Source: Ruditapes philippinarum
Lineage: Eukaryota
Assembly: GCF_026571515.1 (NCBI RefSeq)
Contig: NW_026863541.1
Span: 310,001 to 374,000 of the forward strand
Reading direction: 5' to 3'
DNA: 64,000 nucleotides
Part shown: positions 1 to 13,860 of the stretch, piece after piece
Numbering within the stretch: position 1 is the first letter of the stretch
How the letters are laid out: each line of letters starts with the position of its first letter
Position numbers and translations under genes: made by a program
The notes under the pieces: model-generated
Told to the model about the DNA's origin: nothing
What the model saw: only the letters and a program-made list of their open reading frames with translations
Database searches by the model: none

Positions 1-61
1 AGATGGAAATGCATTTTTTTACTGATTTAATGAAACATATCGTGTTTAGTAAATACAACTT

Positions 62-226
62 CATTTAAGTTCGATTGTGTGTCTAGAATCCGTTCCTGGA
101 ACTAACAAGTACCAAGCAATGAGTGTAAAGTTTCTTGCCCAAAAAAATGACGGTTTACCCCTGATGGGGTTTGAACCAACGCGTCACCAATCCATAGATT
201 ACTAGTCCGACGCGTAAACCACTCGA
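62..226 (-). mobile_element. tRNA-derived SINE family A, degenerate copy
   Basis: Reverse strand reads CGAGTGG...GGTTCAAACCCC (A/B box remnants) then GCAAGAAACTTTACACTCATTGCTT...GTTCCAGGAACGGATTC, shared with copies at 29932, 42840, 52092 and 54596. The core resembles mollusc Meta-type SINE cores (from recollection, unverified). Confidence 0.75.
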
Positions 227-3200
227 GTAATATTCGTGTATTTCATTTTTAAACCTTTCTGATAAGTGGCATGTGTGTCAGATTGTATTCAATACGCGGA
301 ATGTTTTTCGAACTTTTTTAATTAAAATCACATGTTCATCATCATATTTTATCATATTAGATATCGTATATAAAGATGTTTCTGAAATTGTACATGTTTA
401 TTAATTGCCGTATTGCCTGTGTTTAATGCCAATTCCTTATCATGTCCTTGAATTGTATCCTCATGAGATACAATCCGATTGACTCAAGTCATCATGAAAA
501 GTGCAAACAAACTATTATTCAATATTTACAGTTGAATGTTATAACATTTAAAAAGATCTACACGTTTTGAATAGTGTGTAACTTGTTATAAAAGAGGTGT
601 CCACATTGCAACAAAGCCGACTATTTACCTTTGAAAATAGGAAACTTGCAAGTTTAAATAAAGCATATGAACATCGGTGACTCAGGTGCAATCGTTATTT
701 AGATAGTCAATTATGTAATTTCAGAAGGCGCAATATCATGTATGTTCTGATAAAATACGCTTAACAATCATTGTAATAATGTACAATCATTACAATATGT
801 AGTTACGTAAACATATCCTTTAATTAATGAAATTTGTTACTAACTTTATATGTTTTATTAACCTGCGCATGCTTTTTTAATCAGAAAATGTAGTGTTTTT
901 AGGAAGAAAACAAAGCAAATTGCATGTAAGTTACATGGAAACCAAAATTTGTATATACAGTGGGTGCCATCTTGTTTAACTCATAGGTGGTCACACCTTT
1001 GTATAAAGAAACACTAAGGAGGTATTTCAGCACCTTGCAATATACCCAAACAAAAATGTTATGGTTCAATACTACATTGATGAAATGGCAAATGTACTAA
1101 TTTAAATTGCACGGAAAGGCAAAATAAACTACACATGTACACTCATACACAAGTAGAGTGTCATGTAAAATACCTCAGCTTTAAGCATGGCCATTCAGGT
1201 ATGTTCAATTCATTGATAATTATAGGCCTTCATTCTTCGTTTAATGATCAATGTAAATAAAATATTTCAACAAGTTCATGTTAATGAGTAATCATTTATT
1301 TTCATGAAAAGCAGAAATCAATCGTGAAAGACCACCCGGTCGGTATATTGAACAATATGATTCAAATGCCCCACAATTAATTTTCACTTTCAATAGCCGA
1401 CAATGATACACAAAAAAAAGTCTAATCGGTACATTAATGACACATTTGTAGCATTGGTAATAAAATGCAAAAGTTATATTCTGAAAATGGAACGGTGCAA
1501 TTTACGAAAAGAATGATTCAGGGGAACAAAACAAAACAAAAACAGAAAAGAGTTATGATTTGTTTTGAATTGGGATTAATGAATCATAAGTATATTATTA
1601 TATATTGTTTACTCACATCATGTTCATCATGTACATTGGCTCATTATTATTATCATGTTATAAGTTTTGGTTTTGTAAAGCAACCATGAAACAATCACTG
1701 TTATAAATAAGATTTATAAGAGATTTAGGCATATCTCAACATTGTTTTCAGTTTCAATGATACAAGACCGATCTATTTATTTCTGCTCTGTAACTGAAGT
1801 AACCGATTCATCTAACCCATTTGCTTACTTTTCTTCATTAGTCATATTACTCAAGTGTGATATTAAGCAAGTCTTTGCAAGGATAAAAGTTATTTGACTG
1901 GCTTGGAAGTTTGCTTACTATTGGCCTTAAAGTGAAATGGTCTATAATGGGAGGTCTGTAATACAATCAATAAATACGTTGATAGTATATAAAGAATAAA
2001 ACACGAAAGAACAATACAAATATACATGGATGCTGTTGGCAAGTGTGAGATGCATGATCAAATATAACATGTATTTAAATAGCAGAAAATAATATGTCTT
2101 AAAACAAAATATTATTGTTCATCATATACATTCTCATACTTAATCACTTAAAACCTAATCATTATTTTTGCCCTAACAAAATTTTGAAAATAATATCTGA
2201 ATGACATAATATTTCTACTTGAAAAAAAAGTTATAGAAAATGTGTCCAATGTTAACTGCATAAATGTGTTATGATAATATTTCTTTCTTTTTATTTGCAA
2301 GCCCATATATATTTTTGATACTTCTTAATGGCTATATTGCAGACAAGAACCTTTGGCTTCTTTGGTTGTACATCTTGAAACAGCTTGTAGTGTACTGCTT
2401 TTGTTGCTTTTTTGTTTGTGTTGTTGTTTTTTTCTCGCCATTCAACAGTTGCATTCATTACTGATATCACTGACAAGGCTGAATCAAATTTCATTTAACG
2501 GTCCGTCAGAAACGTAACAGACAATATAGATAATCTTTTGACAAGTATCTGTTCGGGCTTTGGTGTCAACGTCTGTACATTGGGCGTGGTAGATGGCCCA
2601 TTAATTACTTTTGTTACACCCGGGTATCAGCGATTCTCATCAATAAATCTTTACTTTAACAATGCCTTAAACCGTATCTGATTTTCTAGATATTATGCTT
2701 CTGTATCAAATTGCATTCGAAAGCTTGCCTATCTGATCAACCATTTATAAGCGTTTATTTTCACGTCACGGGCTTTCGCGCATGTATACATTATGTTTGT
2801 CCTGGACTATTTTAAACGCGTATTAAATGGCGGAGTTTATTAATTTCCCTATCACTGACTGTCAACAGTGTCACGCTGAGGTGTTTGTATATTGAAAATT
2901 GTAAAAAATGTGTGTTCCGTCACAAACATTCTTTTGTCGGTGATGTGAATAACATTTACGAGATGGAAGTATATAAATAGAATATTTTAAATGTATAGGT
3001 TTGAATTTTTATGTAACGTTTTATTATTCATAGTGAGGTGCCACAAAATTTGACAATGTCGTTTTGGGTTATAAGCAATGACTTGACAAATAATATAGAC
3101 TAGGTTATTACCCAAGTTAGATATCAATAATAAATTTATAACACATCATAGTTATGAAGGTCTTGTTATTAAAGAAATACTGATATGTATTTTATTTACA

Positions 3201-4614
3201 TATTTTAACACGGAAGAATGCATTAAATCACTACAAATGTGGGGAGATATTTTGGCATTTCACTCCAAACTCGCATATAAGGTTTTAAGGAACATGTAAG
3301 CAATGAATCCCATGAAAAACGCAGTCAATAATAAAAAAGTTTCAAGAACCAGTCATTCTTTGATTTTCTTTTCTTTCAAACTTGTCTATATTTGATCACA
3401 ACGCGCATGCGCATATTCGATTGTACTTACTTGAAAGTTGCATTCAGAGGATTATCGTCTAGAATTGCAATAAGCAGAGTGTTATCATTAAAATGTACAA
3501 AACGAATGCAAATTAGAGGGTAGAGATGAACATATTGTGCTGGTTAAATAGATGGTACCTCCTCCCTCCTCTTTTAACGGCAATGTTTAATTATTTCCCA
3601 TCGGCTGTGATAGTTTTAATTTATACGTTTGAAAACAAATTCCAATTTGGTGGCCGACAATTGATATGAAAGGTTTGGTAATGTTTCTAAACAAATATTT
3701 AATTACAAAAAAAACTGTATCATAAATAACTGATTGATTGTAGCTGTTTTGTTTGATTTGCCGGATTATCATCGAAGATCTATACCGTTATATCATTAAA
3801 CATTAAATTGTCACATTCTATCTATAGATATGTTTTCTAAAAATTCATATTAAAATTCACGCAAAATGTTATCGTTTTATTATCAATTACGGAACGATTT
3901 CAATATAAAGAACGTAATGATATGCTGATTAAAGTCTGAAATGATCTTTAGATTGGAATGGTTTATAAATTCACTAAGATATTGCGATATGCATCTTATT
4001 TGACAAAATTAAAATAGCAACATTAAGAAGCCTTTAATGCTTAAGAAAACATCTCATTTATACGCATTTTGGTTCTCGTATATCAAATCAGGTCTTCTTT
4101 TATCTACGAATGAAAAGATGGCCAATGCAATCTACAGTGTTTATCAGTTTAGTAGGTGAGCGTTGTTATGGCAACTATTCTGCTCACGACAAGTTAGTAT
4201 GGTACAATTTATTACAATAAAAAGATGAGAAAGAAAAAAAGATACAAATTCTCGTAGTACTAAAGTATAACACACGTGTGTGAAAAATAACTTTTTTGAT
4301 CATTTGCAAAGAAGAGGGGAGAAAAAAGCTTTGACATGTTTTATGATGAGCAAAAGTAAATGATTCTCTATTTTGATATATGTTGTGTTTTCTGGGGTTT
4401 TTTTTTTCTTTCTTTTTGTCAAAGATACAGTAGAAATATATTTTTCCTTGAGAATTGTTATAGCAAAGATTTTTGAGTGAACTGCTATCTTTAACAGATA
4501 TTTTTCAAATAAAAGCTCTTCTAAAGGCACTAACTTATAGATGGATTTAACGTTTTTAAAGTGTCATTTCTTTCAAACGTAATCACCAACAGAACATTTA
4601 TGTGCATGACTTTG

Positions 4615-4741
4615 ATTTTTGTTTGTTTTCTTTTACGGCGCACCAACACAGATTAGGTCATGTGGCACCGGAACAGGAAAGATGATTTTAGCTAACCCCA
4701 GGCGTTACAAATTTAAAGCAACACTAGGGGTCAAAACCACC
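4615..4741 (-). mobile_element. SINE-like 3' fragment, family C
   Basis: Reverse complement aligns by eye with 46676-46795 (TTTTGAC...GGTTAGCTAAA.TCATC...TGTGTTGGTG.GCCGTAAA + CAAA tail). Confidence 0.7.
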
Positions 4742-6908
4742 TGGCAAATTATTCGGTATTTCATATCACTCTCTATTACTTTATTTTCATTAAAACATAA
4801 TTTTTTGAAAGCAATAAGTTTTACTGTTATGCAAGTTTCAACATAAACAATAACAAAGTGGTGGACGTTTTACATTGCATTTCAACTACCGTATATTTGT
4901 TATTTCTTTCAGTAAATTTAAACAGTAATTCATGTTTAATTACTTTTGTATACATTTTACCTAATATTGCTATAACAATGTGTTGAAATATGAACAAGAA
5001 TCAAGGTCAATGATTTGTTAAAAGTGAATCAATTGTAAAGTAAAGTCGGTAAAGTCAGAGAAGAGCATTCCTTGGCGGTGACTTATGATTGCTTGTTCAA
5101 ATATCTCTTCTATTTTTAATGAGGCACTTTCCTTTTTACTCGTTAAAATACCCGACAAAATACATGTCAAAGTTTATAGGGACGGTACAAATCATTCTTA
5201 AAAGGAATTGACAGAAGAACAAAGGTCATTTGTATGTCACGGCAGGGGAAGTCAATGTAGAGTGAAATCCCGAAGACGCTGTTCATGTCTTTAATAAAAC
5301 ACAAACATTTTACAGCATGAATGGCCTTAAACGCATTTATAACCAGATAGAAAATGACAAAAAGATGAAGTGCGATTTGAAAGCCATCTTTTCACTAGAG
5401 TTTATGAATTACGCTCAGGGAATGTCGTACTTTTTTCCACATTTCTCACTTGATGGTTGAATATAGAGAATGTCGGATGAATGTACCGCCGCTGCGATAA
5501 CGAAGACAGCGGGTTGTCAATTATGTTTTTCGCCATGATATCTGAAATCCTGCCTGTAAACCGGTTAATGATTAAAATAATGAAAAATGGCTGTTTTTGA
5601 TATAATGACTGCAGCTACGGTACATGATGTATGAGGCGCTTGAATTGCGGACAATAGTATTCCGCGAAAGGTCTTTCATGGGAATTATGAAATTGAATCC
5701 ATTGTAAAAACTATTGAAAGTACAATAAATTTTATTCATCTGTAAAAGTATTATCATCGTGAATAATGAAAAGGATTTTAGAAAGTAAGATTGAAATTTT
5801 AATATAACTTTGATGCGGACAATTCATTCCATTTGCAAAAATTGTATAAAAGGTCCATATTGGCATGATGGCTATGCCAGTTTTCATAAATTGAAATAAA
5901 ATAGCTCTCTTTGACATAAAGCTAAATATGGCGAGATCAAGTTATTTGGGTTTAAATACAATGTATTTCAAATTATAAATCAGTGTCAAGTATAATGTTT
6001 TAATTTTCTTTTTGTTATTTTATTTGTTGTTGTTGTTTGTAGCTTGATATTTCAAAATATTTAACAGAAGAGCAATAAAATGGAAGGGGAGAAAAACTAG
6101 AAAATTTATTATTAATTTTGAAATTAACAGGTTCCTATATTATTGATGGTATAGCAGGTAATACAATAGAAATTTAATACAATAAACAGAAAAAAATTAT
6201 TTATATCATCGTTTACATCATTTATCATATTCGGAATCATTTTGTCAGGGTAATTAAAAGTTGTTCAAAAGAGGAAAATTTACATCCGGGGGTATACCTC
6301 AAAATTACCATACGGAACTTGATTTGTTTTAAATTTTGCTTTCTGAGAATTAAAATAAATAAGAAAACAGGGAAAGTTGCATAACAGTCACGTCAAAGCT
6401 AAATCCGTTTTCCTTTCAATTCAATGAGGAAAAAAGAGAGGCAAAAGTGGTTAGAGTAGGTTGGCGGATGTTAAATTATATAATTATGGATTCATTGTGG
6501 GGTGTTTCGGTTAACCACCCTATAACTTTACTTTGATAATTCTAAATAGTATGATTCAAACCAATTCTTAAAACTAATTATTCCCGTAACAATTATACCT
6601 ATCATTCTACGAAAACCAACTAATAAAAAAACTACAACAAAACACACGCACACATAAATAAAACCCTTACTATACCCTATCAACCTAACAGTATCAGAAT
6701 TTGTTTTCGTATCACCGTTTTATCAACAAGGTGCGTATAAAAGTACATTATAAGGGTCAGAGTTGTGACGTTGGGAGAGGGGATCTGGTTTGTGTCTTAC
6801 GATGGAATCTCCCATTGTTCCCAGATAGCGTCAAACATTAATAGCGTCACCGAGATATCGGGATACACTCATTAAGTTTATTACATCCTTTCTCTCCATC
6901 TCTATAAT

Positions 6909-7131
6909 TGAGCCGCGTCACGACAAAACCAACGTAATGGGTTTGCGACCAGCATGGATCCAGACCAGCCTGCGCATCCGCGCAGTCTGATCAGGATCCA
7001 TGCTGTTCGCTTTCAGACCGTATAACAAGTAGAGAAACTGATAGCGAACAGCATGGATCCTGATCAGACTGCGCAGATGGATCCATGCTGGTCGCAAACC
7101 CATTATGTTGGTTTTGTCGTGACACGGCTCA
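6909..7131. mobile_element. Palindromic MITE family M1 (TGAGCCGCG...CGGCTCA), with short deletion in right arm
   Basis: ~100-bp terminal inverted repeats around a ~30-bp spacer; four copies in the window; AT-only flanks. Confidence 0.92.
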
Positions 7132-10100
7132 ATTATAAAAATATAATAATAGGTTGTCTTTAAAGCTGCACAACTCCAGATGAGAAAAACAAATTTCCAG
7201 TTATCCAGAAACATTAAAGTTTATCCTAAGCACGCTAAATATCTTAAATGGACTACTCCATCTTTCAATCGGGACAAAACCATTCATCATTTGTAGGGAA
7301 AATTTCGCATGAAAGCGTTATCAGACAGCACAAATGTGCCGGTAGGTCTTTGCCTGCACTGATCCATGGGCAGATTTAGTCGCAGGTAGCAGGGAAAGAA
7401 TTAAAGGCCCATTCTGCTACGGTAATATTTTTGTTTAGAAGGGTCGTATGTTTAGTAATGCTTTGATAACAGATTTAATGTGTATTAAAAGGCTTATCAC
7501 CGGAAACAATAGCGCTGAATGTGAAATAATTTGTTAGCGAAGAGGTATAAATTTATACTCGTATACAAGATGCTTTATATCAAGCCTAAGTGTATGGATT
7601 GCAAAACAGGAGCAAAATATGGTTAGTTTTATATGGCAAATGAGTACTATTTGGCAACAGAACACCAAAATTAAAATGTTTTTTTTTTAATAAAACCATT
7701 CAAGCGGCTTAATTAGCCTTATCAGCAGTTTAAAAATTGTATAAATATTAGCAGTCAATGTAATGTTAAATGTTGTATTAAAATATGAGCGAAATAACTT
7801 CATTTTATCACTTCATATTTAACCAGTTTAATTACCAGGGTGCGATTATATTACATTTTAGTTTAATAATATTTCATTGCAACTATATTATACATGTAAA
7901 ATATGAATAACACCAATGAAACAACCGACTTCATCTGATGATATTTTATAGATTATTTCAATCATCTGTTAATTGAAAATCTAGCAATAAATTGTATTTT
8001 GAGCTTAATATTTTATTTATTTTGCAGAAAAAAAAATGTAAAATAAACCTTCATTATTGAAAAATGATGAGTCCCTTTTACTTTTATCTAATGTTATCTT
8101 AATATTTATTACCAATGACAACCACGGAACTACTTTTTTTGTCAAAACGAGGCCATGTGCATTTCATTACGTAACACCACTAAATCCTGACGAGCTGTCA
8201 TTGTCAAAAAGTATTATTAAAACGCATTGGGGATAAGTTTCGAAAATGAGCATTCATATTTCCACAAATCATGTGCAATACACGGAAACTATTTAAATTT
8301 TTGTCCCGGAATTGACGTTGTTTAATTAGTTAATGCATTTTTGATTTGTTTATCATTTGAAAAACAATTAAATATTAAAAGCACTGTCCTACAATCCCTA
8401 AGGTTCTTCCGCTAATTAGCCGCGTATGCAACTTGCTTTCTGTCATGTCAATTTTATGTTGACCATAAAGTCAAATCATTTAATTTATTATCACCATACG
8501 ACGAGTGATCACTATCATTAAGCCGTTTCACAACTTCCTGTGAAAATTCATTTCTAATTCTATGCTCCCAAAACCATTATTTTAATCAAAATTAGGCAAT
8601 ATAATCCAGCCTAAACAGTGATTTCCTGTTGACTGACTTCACATATAATAATACCTTATTGATAAATGTAAAAAAAAACAGCGGTATTCTCTGAATTAAA
8701 TAAATTAACAAACGATGTCGGTATGGTTGTAATTATGACATCATAAAAATGACGTATTTCACAAAATTATATTAATCATAAACAATAAATAATGGGAACA
8801 TAATAATTGGAAGATAAGTAGTTTTCTTCATTAATTGACTTATTTACTGTCGGGCTAAGATATTAAAATATGGTTCAAAATCATAAGTGTCTATTGCCAT
8901 ATAAGAGAAATATACTAATTTAGATAAAAACCATTCCTCGAACAGACTTGCCGGTATCAAGTGTTTGTTTATTACAAAGTCATTGTTTTGACATACGTGC
9001 TAATTAAACAACACGTTTTTCCTCGTGCTCATAAAAGGCAAAATGTTGCCACGTAGTATTTTTGAATCCCAATATACCGTCCCATCATCCTATAATATTT
9101 CTTTTGTATTTTTATAGCAAACAAAATCGTAAATTTGAGGCAATAAATTTGCTGAATTCGACACCGCTGTTACATGATTATGTGTTCAAATTGCACGAGA
9201 ACATAGATTTTACTATGCGTATTGACAAACGATTAAGACATGTCTTTTAATGCAGTTTTTGTTGAAACAAATGTTTGCATTTGCGCGATTGACGTCCTTT
9301 TATAATAAATCTACATAACTTGATCTTTACTTTTTATTTACGAGCTGCAAAAATAATAGTAAATTAATGCCGTATATCTTCCAGTTAGCAATATGAAGAA
9401 GCAATGATAATCAATATTTGTTTCAAAGGCATTTCTTTTTTGCGTGTAAGTATTTCATTTGTCGAGCTAGACAGTTACATTGACCGTGTTCCATATATTT
9501 CATTAGTTCCTAAAGAGATACCTGCAACCTCGTAACGTGCATTCTAGTACAATATCAAATCATATTCTTTTAACAATACAAAGTAGCACATTTGCTTCAT
9601 TTGCTTATTTTTTCTGTTAATAGCAACAACTTTAGTGTGTTTAAAGTAAAACAAACGCTGAAGACCTGGCAAGAATAACTGTTTTTGCTACTTCTTAAAC
9701 CATAACTATATAAATATGATACAAAATAAGTAATAAACGACGGAGTTAACCCTAATTTTTTGTCCCTCTAGTATGATATTACTGTTTGAAATAAATTGTT
9801 TACGCCATTAATTCAAAATTCAACAGACCAGAAGCAATATATTTAAACGTACATGACATTTATTTATTAGATGCAACGTGCAGTCTTTTGTGTCTTTTAA
9901 TTAACCCAAAGAAAAGATCGTTTCCCAAGATTCAAAATCTGTCTAAATCTGATGCGTTTAAAATTTTATTTGGCGTCGAGGTGCGTCTAAAATTTCATTT
10001 TTGAGACATTCGATTCATACAAATCAGAAGAAAAATACTTAATAAAGATCAATGGACCGGTGCTGTTGAATATTTAGTTTAATCGGGAAAAATAAAATTG

Positions 10101-12092
10101 ACAATGACAAAAACTGATAGGAAAAAATGAAGGGTTGAAATGAAAAGACGCATTTTGACAATGTATGCTCGCCGTTTTGCTCATTTGTTTAAGCAATTAA
10201 TGTTTAAATTGAACGTTCTGTCTTATTTTGTAAAGAACTAAATAGGCACTCGAAGACGATTTCAGTGGCAATAGCAAATCAGTGACTCATTGGAAATGAA
10301 TGTAAATTATTGAAAACTGTTGAAGAAATGTAGATGTGACATTTCAGAATAATTTAATTTGAAATGTATTATGGCACATATTTGAACATTTGTATTGACC
10401 AGCATTACAATTCGTGGAATGCCTGACATTTTCGTTTTTTTTTATAATCGAAGAAGTTAAACTCGCGTATTAATTAATGTCAACTTGAACTGAATAACTT
10501 AACATCATTTTGTCTGGAACAAGATTAATTGTTTTAATTTTAATTTGAAATAAAAACAACAAAAAGAACAAAACAAAAAAAATAAACAAACAAACAAAAA
10601 ACCTCTCATTGTGAAGATATTTCATTATGACGTAATTGCTGACGTCATTTTCACCTTGTTATATTTCTTATTTGTCTAATTATCCTATTATCTTAAAAAG
10701 ATGCTTTTAGATACAGTTTAGTGTATTCTTAATTTCTTATAGACAGTTTTGTGGAAAATCGCAAACATTGTCCTGTTTCTAGTTTACGGCACTGAGGTCA
10801 AAACATCTTGGTCAAAGGTTGGCCGAAGTGTAATTATCGTATGAGAAATAATAATTCAGGAAATAACTTCGTATTAACAAGTCCATTGATGTGGCTTAGA
10901 CAACGGAAGAATTTAAACAAAACACGCTGAGCTTAAATAAAAAAATACTGGTCATCTCTGAATATTCTGACTATAAAGTACAATGTAATTTTAATGAATG
11001 TCAGTGATTGGTTGAAGTAAGTTACGAAAATTGTCGAAATTATGCGAGGAAAACCGAGGAAACACAGGCTACAGCAGCTACAAGTATGCATGGAAATTGT
11101 TCTGAACTGCTAACATGCTGTGCTAGCTATGATAGAAAGTTATTAGCCTATGTCATCCGTATAGAGCCACTGAGGTAGTTCTTTAATTTTGTGACGGTTT
11201 GTTCCAAATGAAAAGCAGGACATTTCCATGAAAGAAATTATGCAGTTTCAGGGTTAAACATGCATCATCACATTAAACGCCAAATGTTTAACTTTCTACG
11301 GACATTATATTAACATTATACATGTACACAACTTTTCTTCTTCCGTGATTCCCTTATTTGAGGTAACAATTTTCCACCTTTTGTCCCTGCTTTATATCTG
11401 ATGTTTGAAGCGATGCTCTCCTGCCTCTTTTGTATGCCTTTGTGTTTAACATTTGTATGTACGCATTTTGACATTTCTTTTTTGTCGTTGCACTTCGTTT
11501 TGATATTAAAGAGCATATATATACCTTTGTTTTATAGTATTTTAAACTGTCAAGTCAAACCTTGTTGTTTAACAAAATAATTGGATATTTGGATTTCTTT
11601 ACCCAATATCACATATATCATATAAATGCTCATTGACATAACGTGTTCTTGACCAGTTCAAGGTAGAAAAAACAGGTAATGTAAAGTTCATAACAGCATG
11701 AAGTGTTTCTAAAGGAATATGGAACAAAGCTGGATGAAACCGAGTTAATTAACTTTAAGATATTACTTTTTTGATTAAATATGACCATGCCTAGCAAAAA
11801 ACTAGGTTAAGGAAAGGTGACTGAAAGATTACTTCATGGACTGCTACAAGAACTGCCTTGCCTTTTAAGAATTACCAAATGAATCTAAATCGAATTCAGC
11901 TCGATGCAATATGCCAAAATGAAAATGAAATTAAGTTGTTAGGAATATTTACTTCAAATGTCTTCAATTTATAACAAAATAGCATACACAACTGAACTAG
12001 ATGACCGATTTTGTCTGTGCTGCTGCTGCAATTGTGGATGTACCTTTATCCGCGACCGCAACTTGTTTCTGTCACCAGTAAACAGTAACTTA

Positions 12093-12241
12093 CAGGGCTT
12101 CCATTAAGTTCCAATATTTGGAAGTCAGAGATGGCAAAATGTCTGTCACAGGAAGCCACATGGGAAAAGTATTACATTTTGGAAGTCACAAGTCAAAATC
12201 AGGAGTAAATGACTCCAAAACTTACACTCATGGAAGCCCTG
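12093..12241. mobile_element. Short MITE with CAGGG termini (hAT-like)
   Basis: 12-bp TIR CAGGGCTTCCAT...ATGGAAGCCCTG; no clean 8-bp TSD visible. Confidence 0.6.
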
Positions 12242-13596
12242 CAGTAAGACCAGCCCATTTATCCGTACAGTTGGACCTAGCTCTAAACATGTTGGTCACA
12301 TGAAAAATTGACAATTACAAGACAGTTCAAGTTCCATCTAGTAGGAGCAAGAAGTCTTCAACCTTCAACAACTCGGTCATGGTCGCCGCTAATTACTTAG
12401 TCTACTCAACTTGTGAACTCACAGCGTGAAGCTTATAACAAAGCTGGGGAAAATAATAGAATAAATTAATCAAAGGTGGGCCACTGATGGTGAATAATAT
12501 CTTGGTTTTTCATTGAAGACAAACATTTAGAATTAATTGACAATAATCTCACGGATATAGTGAGTCCTTGTAGATAATTTGACGGAAATGAAAGTTAATA
12601 GGTAGTTCAATAGAAAGAGAATCATTCAAAGCATCCGCTAATCAAAATTTTATTTTAAAGCTTTGATTCTGGTCTTTTACACAGATTCTCTTCCTTTTCG
12701 CCGCAAGCGCAGTTCATGTCCTTATCGAAGGACTTTGGTAAAAAAGCGAAGATGTCATCTAAGGTTAATCAGATGGTCGGAAAATTGTCCCAAATTTATT
12801 TTACTTGTTGAATGCAATTAATGAGGCGAAGTCAATTACATGCATTCGGGTAAAAAGCGTGTAATTTTCGCAGTAGCGTGTCCCAGTGAATCTCTCCATC
12901 GCCCTCGAGTTTGTATTGTAATTGAAAATAAGGCCGAAAGACAAATTTCTTAAGGAAACTGTTAACGCCGCTGTTCGAGTGATCAATGTGTGTGAAATTC
13001 TCAATGGAGTAAATCGCTGGATAAAAATGTGACTACAAAACTGCACAAATTGGTTTGAATGTCAACTTTTCAAATCGGGTGGATCGTTGAATAGCAATCT
13101 TGTCCCTGTACGGCTGTTTACTGTTTACACAGCTTAATGAAGGAACGCGACTACACTAGCTTTTTGCGGCGCAGGAATATTGATTCAAGAAATTTAACCA
13201 TAAATTAAGATTTTAAAAGATAACACTAATTCAAAACATATTAAAATGTAAATCTTACATTAAACCATTCTTAAAATGTAAATAATGCATATATTATAGG
13301 ATATTAAAACTATTTATATGTAAACACATGAATAATTGTTCCTGATTAAAGTTAACTTTTCAATTATCTTCTACCACTATATAGGCTGCTAGTTAATATC
13401 AAGCTACTAGTATGTTGCATAAATATTTTATAAGCAAATTTGAATATCGTTATATCAAATTTTCTCATATAAAATAGATATGATAATAGATATTTGAACA
13501 TCAAACAAAGAATATATATCAATAATATATGTACCGAGGTTTCAGTTGAAAACGATTGTATATATTAATTGTATTAAACAAGTTAATATTTTCCAT

Positions 13597-13860
13597 TTAG
13601 CTCAATAGGTTGAGCGTTGGACTTTGAATCGGGCGATTCGGGTTCAATTCCCGGACGGTGCAAGTCACTTTCGTTGAAATTGGTCATGAAATCCTTTCTA
13701 CGGTCATTTGCGCTGTACCTCTGCTCTGGCATGTACAGAAGTTATATGTCCTTGCAAAAGTGAAAGCAGCTAAAACTGGTAAACTGCTTGACAGCCTGCC
13801 CAGAAACGATGCGGTGACCGAACTGTGTTCTGATAAACTCAATATGGCTTACTGCCGTGA
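13597..13860 (+). mobile_element. tRNA-derived SINE family B
   Basis: TAGCTCAATAGG (A box), GGTTCAATTCCC (B box), then GGTCATGAAATCCTTTCTACGGTCATT...CTGGTAAACTGCTT...AGCCTGCCCAG. Second copy inverted at 22398-22527. The core resembles Deu/Nin-type SINE domains (from recollection, unverified). Confidence 0.8.

Noticed and set aside
11000-12420. Possible decayed retrotransposon ORF around the hAT-like MITE
   Set aside because: No recognisable motif in the frames I could read.
13597-13670. tRNA gene (also 24919, 29932, 42960)
   Set aside because: A/B boxes are present, but there is no complete cloverleaf and each runs into a SINE body.
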